Below, piece after piece: positions 35,601 to 43,875 of a stretch of DNA of 64,000 bases. Position 1 is the first letter of the stretch; each line of letters begins with the position of its first letter. The stretch lies in contig JADZBH010000066.1 of assembly GCA_020852175.1 (NCBI GenBank), positions 18,208 to 82,207 of the forward strand. The letters are read 5' to 3'. The notes beneath the pieces are model-generated. The model did no database searches. It was not told the origin of the DNA and worked only from the letters and a program-made list of their open reading frames with translations. The translations under genes and the position numbers were made by a program. Source of the stretch: Bryobacterales bacterium. Lineage in GTDB: Bacteria; Acidobacteriota; Terriglobia; Bryobacterales; Bryobacteraceae.

Positions 35601-35954
35601 CTCTGGAACAGCGCCCCAGCCGGTTGGTTGGATGGTCCGCGCGGAAGGGCATCGCCGGAAGCGCTGGCGGAAACCGTCAGCCGCCGCGATCTCTACTGGC
35701 TGGCCTTCCAGGCGGCGGGCCGGCCCATCCTGATCGCTCCGTCCGGAGAGACGATGAATCTCCGCTTCGACTCGCCGCCCCGAGGGATCGTCCTCGGCGA
35801 GTTTCTCTCCTCGCAAGGCTTCCTGGGCAAGTACGATCTGGCGACAATCGACAAAAAGGTGGCTGCCGGTGAAACGCTGTCCGGCGGTACAACCATCTAT
35901 TTGTTGCCTTCGCGCTCCTGGGCAGCTCTGTCAGGGAACGTGGAAAGAGATTGA
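32640..35954 (+). CDS. GH2-family glycoside hydrolase with N-terminal F5/8-type-C (discoidin)-like domain
   Basis: Signal MRRRWTLLFYAMAAMAVWSGDGAQA. Discoidin-like WWRIDLGPERTMRTVAGIRVNW. GH2 sugar-binding domain (YYRRVFTLPENWRGRQVRLRFEGVNNSARVWVNGQEIGYHESGFTVFEFDVT). TIM barrel MIRSHTTP..MWHIGNENG. Confidence 0.8.
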   Translation: MRRRWTLLFYAMAAMAVWSGDGAQAATFRDDRVPLNGEWHFQLRRDNRLLTAGPVEFGPVTASSQAAMIEPYTGGETSAGRWITSTPVPLAATIIPSEGGSSWSRQIWKPHPRQQGGTWWRIDLGPERTMRTVAGIRVNWVAPPDVTVRAELSSDGVKWAEWASSASERSSVDTWIRGNPERARYVRLHFTPAMFPGTRLIEVFLKGPDGALTPWLPLPRMAWYEKLRQYTPSDGFHLPDFDDASWSGIQVPSYWELAQFSEPTWWQPDDAVGYYRRVFTLPENWRGRQVRLRFEGVNNSARVWVNGQEIGYHESGFTVFEFDVTAHLKFGQPNTIAVRVCKWTLTHEYDTDDVWFLGGIWRDTYLYSLPARRIDDYTLVTELDEQYRDAALRARLALASDAAFTGARYEVEGELKGPDGGAVPVDGLKAAGFLDGRAPLSIELAGRVRNPLKWTAETPHLYSLTLRLRVEGRTVHEFSTAIGFRQVEVKGDRILLNGVPLRVQGTVTTRANPNDSGEDLKTVFAREIRILKESNINMIRSHTTPLEEDFLDLCDKHGIYVVPDVPAVWLNEGDYRNLAGGAVQRAREIHQQHKNRASVVMWHIGNENGPSSGYRPMGQAARWLSDNDPTRPVALCDNEANLAEYGAAVKDFHFYGWPPLEPTAAPFLMGEFHGVPEEADRLKDRGFVESWGRSLKAGWGSIAGKPWVVGALMCCWDDGSVNGNLGPRQWGLLDSKRHAKDLAFHVRKVYARVHLELADARLSAGRLNGALHVFNRYSYVDLSGHTFRWELLAGGRTAASGLIQCRVNPQSSTALPLSLTAPEGSEILRISVSDREGFLVQSEDFALTPEASGRKAASLLSHIGFTRRAGKPREFEYAWKAGGLSVRGRDSAEWLTIPGLVVQTGKDRRTNIPLGEVHYGVPSHDAGKLIVPFTIAESRGRLIFEEGANFLKARYEFTAANAISIREIGLALRLPVGVKELAWNRAPLWNSAPAGWLDGPRGRASPEALAETVSRRDLYWLAFQAAGRPILIAPSGETMNLRFDSPPRGIVLGEFLSSQGFLGKYDLATIDKKVAAGETLSGGTTIYLLPSRSWAALSGNVERD

Positions 35955-35961
35955 TATCCGC

Positions 35962-37296
35962 TTAGGCGGTGATCAGGCCCCGCATTCCGGCGACATACAA
36001 CTGCCGCTTCCCGTGCGGCGCCGCCTGAAAAATGATCCGGTTGAAGTTCCGGTCCCAGTTAGGATGGCCATCGAGCCGGCGCACCATGGAGAGCTCGTCT
36101 TGCAGCGCCCGGCGATCCACCGTTCTCATCCGGCAAGCCTGCTCCTCGCGCCCGGTCTGAAGGTCGATGAACCGGATGGAGACATAGGTCTGCTGGCCCG
36201 CGTCCTGAAATGTATCCGTCACAAGGTGGCGCCGGTTGGTGTGAATGCGGGGATGTCCTCCTCCCACGATCTTCTCGGATAGCAACTGGAAGCCGGTCCC
36301 ATCGAAGCGCCACTGGCAAAACCTGGTTTTGCCGTCGATGGAAAGATTGCGAATGATGTGCTGGCCGTCGGGATGCCAGTTGGGGTGCCCGCCATCGGTG
36401 CCCCAGAGGGGCTTGGTTGGCAGCAGGCGGATGTCTGAACCGTCCGGGTTGAATGTGAACACCAGGGTGTTGGCTCCGCCCTGGCCGTTGGGGAAGATGG
36501 TGCGAGAGATTTGCAGGATGCGCGTGGCCTGGTTGTTGAACTTCGAGTGCCACAGATACCAGGTTCCCCCGATCCAGGGTGACGGCTCCGGCACCTGAGA
36601 GGCCAGCTTGGCCAGGCTCACCAGCAGCGTCTTCCGGTTGCTGGCCAGATCGGTCCTCCATAGGCCCTGGGATTCCGACGCGCCAGGACTCAGCCTCGGC
36701 GGGTTGAGCGGATCGCGTGAAGGAACGCCGTAGCCGAGTTGCGTGGCGTCCATCAGTTCCAGCGGAAACCCGATTGCACACGAGTCGTCGGGAGCAACGT
36801 TGTAGCCTGGGCCCGAGTAGACCCTGGCTTCGCCGCGCTCCAGATCGAGGCGCACACAAACGGCGGCGCCGTCCACGATGTCGTTCGTGTACAGGTAGCG
36901 GTCCGTGCCTCCCCAGTTCACATTGGCTCCTGTCTGATAGCCCCAGGAACGCGTCTTGTACACGGTCTGGATCGTGCGGTCACGAAGGTCGATCACGCAC
37001 ACTTCGGCCGTGTCGCCGAGCCGCGGGTAACGGTCGTCATACGGCAGACGAGTCGCCGCGAGGTATCTTTCCGAAGGGCTCCAAGGACAGGCGTCGTAGT
37101 AGGTATGCACATAGGACGCATCGTCCGGTGTCACGCGCAACACCGGACCTGCCGCGCCGCCGCCCTCGGTCTCCACGAAATCGAAGGCCCGCTGCTTCGA
37201 TACCGGAGCCTCCATCGCCCAGCAGCCGGGAGCCAGCAGACGCGCGGCCAGGCCTCCCGGGATGGTCCACAGCGATCTTCTGTTCAACAGCGGCAT
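35962..37296 (-). CDS. Exported beta-propeller protein (TolB / oligogalacturonate-lyase-like), function unknown
   Basis: RR-containing leader MPLLNRRSLWTIPGGLAARLLAPGCWA. GAGGAAG lies about 8 nt upstream of the ATG, and the gene starts 22 nt after the TBDT stop. Repeated GGHPNWHPDG / DGHPNWDRN motifs, as in TolB-type propellers. Confidence 0.6.
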   Translation of the reverse strand: MPLLNRRSLWTIPGGLAARLLAPGCWAMEAPVSKQRAFDFVETEGGGAAGPVLRVTPDDASYVHTYYDACPWSPSERYLAATRLPYDDRYPRLGDTAEVCVIDLRDRTIQTVYKTRSWGYQTGANVNWGGTDRYLYTNDIVDGAAVCVRLDLERGEARVYSGPGYNVAPDDSCAIGFPLELMDATQLGYGVPSRDPLNPPRLSPGASESQGLWRTDLASNRKTLLVSLAKLASQVPEPSPWIGGTWYLWHSKFNNQATRILQISRTIFPNGQGGANTLVFTFNPDGSDIRLLPTKPLWGTDGGHPNWHPDGQHIIRNLSIDGKTRFCQWRFDGTGFQLLSEKIVGGGHPRIHTNRRHLVTDTFQDAGQQTYVSIRFIDLQTGREEQACRMRTVDRRALQDELSMVRRLDGHPNWDRNFNRIIFQAAPHGKRQLYVAGMRGLITA

Positions 37297-37318
37297 TCCC
37301 TGTCTTCCTCGCCGCGGC

Positions 37319-40300
37319 CTACCACAGCAGGCGCAGGCTCAACTGAAGCTCGCGCGAGTTCACACCGCTGGTGCGGGACGACAACAATCCGTCCGCGGCC
37401 ACGGCGGTTGGGTTGTTGGGGTTGTTCAGCACGTTGAAGAAGTCGGCCTGGAACCGTAGCCGGACGGTTTCGGTGATGGGAAGGTTCTTCATGATCGAAG
37501 CGTCCATGCCCCAGGTGCGAGGCCCGTTGAAATACTGCTGGCGCCAGGGGTGAAGGTTGTCATCGAACGCGGTTCGCTGCACCGTTCCGTTCTTGATCGG
37601 AACCCAGACCGTGTTGGTGTCCCAGAAGCCGGAAAGGGCGGTGTTGGCCGGCGCGTTCGCGGGCAGTTCCGTGCTGCCATAGGGGATCAGCGGAGCGCCC
37701 GCGGGCTTATAGTTCGCCGGAACGCCCATGACGCCGTTCGGCTTGCCGCTGGCATCCGTGCTGTTGATGCGGTTCGAAGGGATATACCCATTCCAGTAGA
37801 GGAATCCGCTGTAGCACTGGCCGCTGCGGCAGTCCTGAACCGGATACTTTTCGCCATAGATCTCGATGGGGTTTCCATTCGGATAGATGGTGGATGGCAG
37901 CGCCCAGTAGTTGCTGCGGAGATAGCCGAGCCCGGCCACCTGCCAGCCGCCGATGAACCGGTCCAGAATCGGGCCCGACGCGCCGCCGAACCTCTTGCCC
38001 TTGCCAAATGGCAGATCCGCCAGCCAGTTCCAGCGAAGACGGTGCTTGGGAATGGTGATGTCCCGCTGGTAGTTCAGGAAGCGGTTGCGGTCATTGATAT
38101 CCGCGGGAACCGCGTTGGGCATGTACTGGTTCACACCGCCAATCACCACTTGGGATCCGCGGCCGCCGGCGGTCATGGCATTGCCGAGGTTGTAGAACAC
38201 CTGGAACGCCAGCCCGTTGGAGTAGCGGCGTTCGGCCTCGAGCTGGAACCCGTGGTAGTTGGACCAGCCGGACTTCTGGTACTCCTCGATCGTGCCATAC
38301 ACCTGCTGGTCAAAGGGCCTGCGGGCGGAATTGGCGTACTCGCCAGTGGGCAGCGGCTGTCCGGTGGAAGCGAACCAGATGTAGGTGCTCGGATTCTCAT
38401 TGTAGCGGCTGTACATCTCCAGGTTGTTCACGTGGTTGCCAACGTAGCTGGCCTTTACAACCATGTTCGGAGTCACTTCGCGTTCCAGCGTCAGGTTCCA
38501 ATCCATCGGGCGGCTGTCGGGTTGATCGGGGGTGAAGTAGCTGACCACGCCCGAGCCGCGCGTAAAGGAGGCCACGCTGTCGCTGGTGACGGCGTTCCGG
38601 CTGTTGGATCCCGCGATGATCGTGGGAACCGACCGCAGCCCGTAGTTGCCAATGCCATCTGGCGCATTTTCCGCGATCAACAGGTTATTGAGGAAGGGCG
38701 CCGTCAACGGGATGTTCTGGCGCATGCGGCGGCCCCATGTGTCCAGCGGGACGGGGAAGTAGGAGATCCGGTAGCCTCCGCGCAGCACGGTGGGGGTGCG
38801 GCCTTCCGACACGCGGTAGGCAAACCCCACCCGCGGTCCGAAGTTGGTGGTATTTCCGTTGATGAGATCGCGGGGCATGCCGGCTTCCCGGTAGTTCAGG
38901 AAGGAGGCGCCCAACGCCGTGTAGGAGTTCACGATGCTGGGCATGGTCGCGCCCATCTTGTACAGTTCGTTCAGATCGGCGCCGAGCACAACGGCCTTCT
39001 TTTGCGGGTCGAAAGAGGTCAGCACGCCCCGTTTTTCCGAGTAGGGAGGCCAGTACTCCCACCGCACGCCCAGGTTCAGGGTCAGGCGGGGAGAGACGCG
39101 GAAGGTGTCCTGGAAATAGGCCGCATATTCACGGGATCGCGCGTAAAAATAGCCGCGCACGAAGTTGTTCCGGTAGTTGGCGATGCCCAGGAACATGTTC
39201 GCCATGTTGTGGCCTGTGAGAGCGGCTGGCTGCGGGTTGGTGCGCGAAGTCGCCGGGTCATAGAGAGCCGTCGCCATGGTCTGGAAGTTGATGTTGCCCT
39301 GAATCTGCTGCTGTTCGGGCAGGTAGTTCATCTGGTCATACCGGAAGTGGGCTCCGAATTGAAGCTCGTGCTTGCCTGTGATCTTGGTGAAATTGCTGTC
39401 CGCGATGTAATTGGTGAGCGCGGCCCGCTGCGTATTCTCCGTCTCGAAGTAGTAGCTGCTGAGACCGGTAGTATAGAGACCGGGCCATCCAGCCACGTCG
39501 AACGGGTTGGGAAGCCCCAACTGGTCGGCGTACTTGACGCCAGGATCGCCGGTTCCGATGTAGCGGTTGCTGCGGGAAGCCGAAACCAGAAGCTCGTGGA
39601 AGAACGTGGGGCTGAAGATGTGAGTGTGCGCCACGGCCAGGCTGCGGTTCGGCATGAGGGTCTGCCGCGTGTTGGCGACGTTGTTCAACATGGGCAGCCC
39701 AAGGAAGTTCGTGAAGTTGCTGGAATCCCCTTGCGTATACCGGGCGTAGACGCTGTCGGAGTCCGAGAAGCGGTGGTCGAACCGGGCGGTGGTTGTCCAC
39801 TGCCGGGTATTGTTGGGAATGGGTCCCCACCAGTTGAAGTCGATCAGGGGATTCACCTGCGGATGGGTCGGCAGAGGCGTGATTTCGAATAATGTCTTGG
39901 CCAGCGGGCTCATCCGGGACGGGTTGATGACGTTCGTCCGGCCGCCGTGGGACATCGGCTGGCGGCTCCAGTCCTGCGCATTCGTGGTCAGCGGATCATA
40001 GAGCCTTTGCAGCCGTCCCTGCACGTCATAGAGATTGCTGAAATCGCCGGCCCGCATGGCCTCGGTTGGCACATGGTAGCCGCTGGTGGTGGCGCTCACC
40101 GTGCGATTTCCCTCGAAGGCGAAGAACCAGAAGGTGCGCTTCAGGCCGTTGTAGACGCCCGGCAGGATTACCGGACCACCCGCCGAGCCGCCAAATTCGT
40201 TGCGGATCAGGTGCGGCGGTTTCGCATAGAAGTCCTCCCGGCGCCGCGCCTTGCCGATCGCGTTGTTCCTGTGCGTTTCAAACAGCGAGCCGTGAAACGC

Positions 40301-40990
40301 ATTGGTGCCGCTCTTGGTGGAAAGCACGATGGAGGTAGGCCGTGCGAATTTGGCCGAGGAGTTGTTGTTTTCCACCTTGAACTCCTGCACGGACTCCAGA
40401 CTGGGCAGCCGGAGGGGGTCCCCGCCAAGAAAACGGTCCGCCAGATTGGAACCGTCCAGCACCAGTTCCTGAGATCCCTCCCGCATGCCGTAAGCGCGGT
40501 TGCCTTCCATCCCGGGCATCGTGGCAAGAAGGGCCGTCACGTTCCGGCCGTTGATGGGCAACTGCTCGATCCTGGTCCGTTCCAGAACCCGTCCAAGCGT
40601 TGGACTGTCCGAGGTGACCAGAGGCGACGACGACAGGACCTCCACCGAGGTCGCCGTGGTGGCGATGCGAAGGACCGGCTCAATCACAATGCTCTGCTGC
40701 ACCTGTACGGTGGCTTTCGCCAGGAACCGCTGCATACCAGGCGCGCCGGCCTCCAGTTCGTAGCTGCCCGGCACCAGGCCAGGAAACACATAAAATCCCG
40801 CCTCGTTCGAGACTGTGCGCAAAGCCAAGCCAGTGGCCGTATTCTTGATTTCCAGGGCCGCGTTCGGGATCACCGCGCCGGCCTCATCCCGGACCGTGCC
40901 GCTGACCCGCCCGTTGGATGCCTGCGGAAAACAGGGCAGGGTGAGCAAAACCGCTGTAAAGGCGGCGAGGGCAATTCTCGCGATCAACAT
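37319..40990 (-). CDS. TonB-dependent transporter with CarboxypepD_reg-like N-terminal domain
   Basis: Track ORF 37319..41092. AAGGAG lies 5 nt upstream of ATG 40990 (MLIARIALAAFTAVLLTLPCFPQ). NGRVSGTVRDEAGAVIPNAALEIKNTATG..YELEAGAPGM. C-terminus ..LQLSLRLLW. Confidence 0.85.
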   Translation of the reverse strand: MLIARIALAAFTAVLLTLPCFPQASNGRVSGTVRDEAGAVIPNAALEIKNTATGLALRTVSNEAGFYVFPGLVPGSYELEAGAPGMQRFLAKATVQVQQSIVIEPVLRIATTATSVEVLSSSPLVTSDSPTLGRVLERTRIEQLPINGRNVTALLATMPGMEGNRAYGMREGSQELVLDGSNLADRFLGGDPLRLPSLESVQEFKVENNNSSAKFARPTSIVLSTKSGTNAFHGSLFETHRNNAIGKARRREDFYAKPPHLIRNEFGGSAGGPVILPGVYNGLKRTFWFFAFEGNRTVSATTSGYHVPTEAMRAGDFSNLYDVQGRLQRLYDPLTTNAQDWSRQPMSHGGRTNVINPSRMSPLAKTLFEITPLPTHPQVNPLIDFNWWGPIPNNTRQWTTTARFDHRFSDSDSVYARYTQGDSSNFTNFLGLPMLNNVANTRQTLMPNRSLAVAHTHIFSPTFFHELLVSASRSNRYIGTGDPGVKYADQLGLPNPFDVAGWPGLYTTGLSSYYFETENTQRAALTNYIADSNFTKITGKHELQFGAHFRYDQMNYLPEQQQIQGNINFQTMATALYDPATSRTNPQPAALTGHNMANMFLGIANYRNNFVRGYFYARSREYAAYFQDTFRVSPRLTLNLGVRWEYWPPYSEKRGVLTSFDPQKKAVVLGADLNELYKMGATMPSIVNSYTALGASFLNYREAGMPRDLINGNTTNFGPRVGFAYRVSEGRTPTVLRGGYRISYFPVPLDTWGRRMRQNIPLTAPFLNNLLIAENAPDGIGNYGLRSVPTIIAGSNSRNAVTSDSVASFTRGSGVVSYFTPDQPDSRPMDWNLTLEREVTPNMVVKASYVGNHVNNLEMYSRYNENPSTYIWFASTGQPLPTGEYANSARRPFDQQVYGTIEEYQKSGWSNYHGFQLEAERRYSNGLAFQVFYNLGNAMTAGGRGSQVVIGGVNQYMPNAVPADINDRNRFLNYQRDITIPKHRLRWNWLADLPFGKGKRFGGASGPILDRFIGGWQVAGLGYLRSNYWALPSTIYPNGNPIEIYGEKYPVQDCRSGQCYSGFLYWNGYIPSNRINSTDASGKPNGVMGVPANYKPAGAPLIPYGSTELPANAPANTALSGFWDTNTVWVPIKNGTVQRTAFDDNLHPWRQQYFNGPRTWGMDASIMKNLPITETVRLRFQADFFNVLNNPNNPTAVAADGLLSSRTSGVNSRELQLSLRLLW

Positions 40991-41089
40991 AAAAACTCCT
41001 TGACGTTGCCGTACTGTGTGATTCATGTGCGCCAATCCCCTGATCGAAGATTCCTTAATGGGGCCCATTGCTATTGTTAGATGACTTAA

Positions 41090-41117
41090 CATATACTCTC
41101 GTTGGTATAGTCGTCAA
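41090..41117 (-). promoter_or_regulatory. Candidate promoter for the TBDT/propeller operon (A-tract, TTGACG-N16-TATATG on the minus strand)
   Basis: On the minus strand, AAAAAAAATA then TTGACG (41112..41117), a 16-nt spacer and TATATG (41090..41095). It lies in the AT-richest stretch of the ROK/TBDT divergent region. Motif match only. Confidence 0.3.
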
Positions 41118-41291
41118 TATTTTTTTTCACGCGAGGACAGACCGGTCCCGACCTGTTACAAGGTGTCACTTTCCTTGGGAAATTGGGAGGCAGTGCATCC
41201 CAAAGGGTACGACCGGGGGCTTCCTGCCCGGGGAACGGGAAGAGATACTTTAGTTTGACGAGCTTACAAATATGAACGAGGTGGCTCTACC

Positions 41292-42584
41292 GTGATCGCA
41301 AAAACCCCGCGGCCTCACACGCGGCGGGTCAGTCCGCTGCGAATGAAGACGATGAACACCGTGGGGTTGCTGACACTGTTGCGGGAGCATGGTCCGCTCT
41401 CCCGCTCGGATCTTGCTCGGATCACCAGACTGAGCAAACCGACGGTTTCCGAGCAGGTCACCGACCTGATCTCACGCGGACTGGTGGTCGAGACCGGCGC
41501 GAAGAAGCCTGGCTCACAGCGCGGGAAAAAGCCGACGATGCTCCAGTTCAACGAGGATTGCGGGCGGGTGATTGCCGCACGGATCTCGTCCACCGGCGTC
41601 CAGGTGTGGGAGGCGCGGCTGGACGGGACGTTGACGCATCAGGCGGTACTGCCCATCCATCTGGAACTGGGTCCGGGTGATGTCATCCAGACATTGAAGG
41701 ATGCGATTCGCCCACTGCTGAATCATGGCTCGGGGGACGCTGCCCGCCGGCGGCTGATCTCGATCGCGACGCCGGGCCTGGTGGATGTCCGCAATGGTAT
41801 CGTGCTGGAGACGGACAATATCTTCGGGTGGCGCAACGTCGCCCTCGGCGCCGATCTGAACTGGGAGTTTGGCGTCCCGGTGGTGGTGGACAACGATGTG
41901 AACCTCGCCGTGCTGGCCGAAGCCCGGTTCGGCGGCGGCCAGGACCAGCACTCCTTCGCCCTGATTCAACTCGACACCGGCATTGGTCTGGGCGTCTATC
42001 TCAATGGCGCCGCCTATCACGGCCAGCACTGGGCGGCCGGCGAAATCGCCCATATGGTTCTGGATCCGGCGTCGATCGGCTCCCCAACCGGCGGCCGCGG
42101 ACACCTGGAGTCCGCCGTGGCCATGGATCGTGTGACGGAGCGCGTGCTTCAACTGGCGCTTGCCACGCCGGGCCCGTTGGCCGGACTGTTGAAGCGCATG
42201 CCCCCGGTCGAGGCCTTGCTGGAAGCCGAGAGCCAGGGCCATGCTCCGGCCGGTGAACTTGCCCGCGAACTGGCCGAGACCCTCGGCGTGGCCATAGTCA
42301 ATGTCTCGGCCTGCTACGATCCCGGCAAGATCATCCTGCTGGGCCCGCTGTTCACTTCCTTATTCGGCAGGATCCGGACAGTCTTCGAATCCATCATCCG
42401 CTGGCCGGTGAAACTGGAACTCTCCAGCCTCGGAGAAGATGTCTTCCTGCGGGGCGCTCTGGTGGCCGGATTGGCCCGCATCTTCGACCGCATGGACCTG
42501 GAACTGGAGAACCCGGCGCCGGCGGGCGGGGTTGGCGGCACGTCGGCCCAACCAAAGGAGGAACCTGCCATTGAACAGGCGTGA
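41292..42584 (+). CDS. ROK-family transcriptional regulator (NagC/Mlc/XylR-like)
   Basis: wHTH LLTLLREHGPLSRSDLARITRLSKPTVSEQVTDLISRGLV followed by a ROK sugar-kinase-like domain (DNDVNLAVLAE). GAGGTGG lies 7 nt before GTG 41292. ATG 41343 is an alternative start. Confidence 0.85.
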   Translation: MIAKTPRPHTRRVSPLRMKTMNTVGLLTLLREHGPLSRSDLARITRLSKPTVSEQVTDLISRGLVVETGAKKPGSQRGKKPTMLQFNEDCGRVIAARISSTGVQVWEARLDGTLTHQAVLPIHLELGPGDVIQTLKDAIRPLLNHGSGDAARRRLISIATPGLVDVRNGIVLETDNIFGWRNVALGADLNWEFGVPVVVDNDVNLAVLAEARFGGGQDQHSFALIQLDTGIGLGVYLNGAAYHGQHWAAGEIAHMVLDPASIGSPTGGRGHLESAVAMDRVTERVLQLALATPGPLAGLLKRMPPVEALLEAESQGHAPAGELARELAETLGVAIVNVSACYDPGKIILLGPLFTSLFGRIRTVFESIIRWPVKLELSSLGEDVFLRGALVAGLARIFDRMDLELENPAPAGGVGGTSAQPKEEPAIEQA

Positions 42585-43875
42585 ACTCATGAAATCGGGG
42601 GCAGTGATGGTACAGGCGGCTGGAAGTCTGGCGCCCCCCAATGAACAGATCGCGAAGGCTCGCCGGGCGGCACAGGCTCTTCTGAAGCCCTCGCCATCGC
42701 AGCTTCAACGTGGTCTTGCTCTGCACGCCGCCTCGATCGTCATCGAACCGTACGGCTTCGCGCCGCGCGCGGCCTTGGACGGAGACGCCGTGAGGAGGGC
42801 GCAGGAAGCAGGCGCCTCCGACAACGATCTCGAACACATGATGGACGAGATGGAGAATACGCGGTTCGTGCCCGACCCGGCCGAACGCGCCGAATTTGTC
42901 GCGGCCTGGAAAGCCTCCGGCGTCACATGCGTGTTCCAGAACGCCGGACGCGAGAGCCAGGACCCGCTGAAACTCCTCCGCCGGCTTGGCTACTTCACCT
43001 ACGCCCTGGACATGATGCGCGATTTCGTGGTCCGCGTGATTGACGCCGAGGACATCGTGGCGGCGAAACAGGCCGGACGCGCCGCCATGGCCCTCAGCGC
43101 CAATGGCGTTCCGCTCGAGCAAAGGTGGGAGACCGTCCCTTCGGAGATGTCCCTGCTGGACACTTTCTTCCATCTGGGCATCCGGATGATGCACCTGACC
43201 TACAATCGCCGCAACATGATCGGCGACGGCTGCGCCGAGCCTTCCGACGCCGGCTTGAGCGACTTCGGCCGCGCCGTGGTCGCCGCGATGAACCGCCGGG
43301 GCATCATGATCGACGTGGCCCACTCAGGCCAGCGCACCAGTTACGAGGCGGCCAAGGCGTCAACCAAGCCGATGGTGGCAAGTCATTCGTCATGCCACGC
43401 CCTGCATCCCCACTACAGGGCGAAGACCGACGCAGTGATCCGGGCCATCGCGGATACCGGAGGGTTCATCGGCATCTGCGCAGTCGCGGATTTCATCGGC
43501 AGGTCGCACGACCTGGTCTCGATGCTGGACCACATCGACTACGCGGTACGGAAGGTTGGAGTGGACCATGTGGCCATTGCCACCGACTTCTCATACCGCT
43601 CCGTGCATGCATCTGCGGAGTATCGCAAAATCCCGGCCCGGCGGCGGCTCCACGCCGGATGGGAGTCGTTCTGGCCCACCCCGATCGCGCGCTATCCGGA
43701 AGGGCAGGAAACCATGGCCTGGACCAATTGGCCCCTCTTCACGGTGGGCCTGGCGCAGCGCGGCTACAGCGACACCGACATTCAAAAGCTGATCGGCGGA
43801 AACGCGCTCCGGGTGATGAGAGCCGTGTTTCCGCCGCGTCCGAGGATTCCCGGCGCCTCCGCGGTGCGTCAGTAG
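42571..43875 (+). CDS. Tat-exported M19 (renal-dipeptidase)-like amidohydrolase-fold protein with a degenerate metal site
   Basis: Track ORF 42439..43875. AAGGAGG (42555..42561) lies 9 nt before the in-frame TTG 42571, giving the leader (M)NRRELMKSGAVMVQAAGSLAPP. M19-like blocks HLGIRMMHLTYNRRN, IMIDVAHSG, MVASHSS and VAIATDF. 14-nt overlap with the ROK gene. Confidence 0.7.
   Translation: MNRRELMKSGAVMVQAAGSLAPPNEQIAKARRAAQALLKPSPSQLQRGLALHAASIVIEPYGFAPRAALDGDAVRRAQEAGASDNDLEHMMDEMENTRFVPDPAERAEFVAAWKASGVTCVFQNAGRESQDPLKLLRRLGYFTYALDMMRDFVVRVIDAEDIVAAKQAGRAAMALSANGVPLEQRWETVPSEMSLLDTFFHLGIRMMHLTYNRRNMIGDGCAEPSDAGLSDFGRAVVAAMNRRGIMIDVAHSGQRTSYEAAKASTKPMVASHSSCHALHPHYRAKTDAVIRAIADTGGFIGICAVADFIGRSHDLVSMLDHIDYAVRKVGVDHVAIATDFSYRSVHASAEYRKIPARRRLHAGWESFWPTPIARYPEGQETMAWTNWPLFTVGLAQRGYSDTDIQKLIGGNALRVMRAVFPPRPRIPGASAVRQ

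Noticed and set aside
37550-39892. 780-aa plus-strand ORF. Similar long ORFs occur at 3956..5647, 44967..47372, 27289..28203 and 28354..29760.
   Set aside because: All lie antisense to TonB-dependent transporter genes. They have low-complexity R/A/G/V-rich translations and no start-site support. The opposite strand carries the motif-supported genes.
41068-41253. 61-aa ORF in the ROK/TBDT intergenic region
   Set aside because: It has no RBS, an implausible composition, and lies across predicted promoter elements. It is more likely non-coding regulatory DNA.
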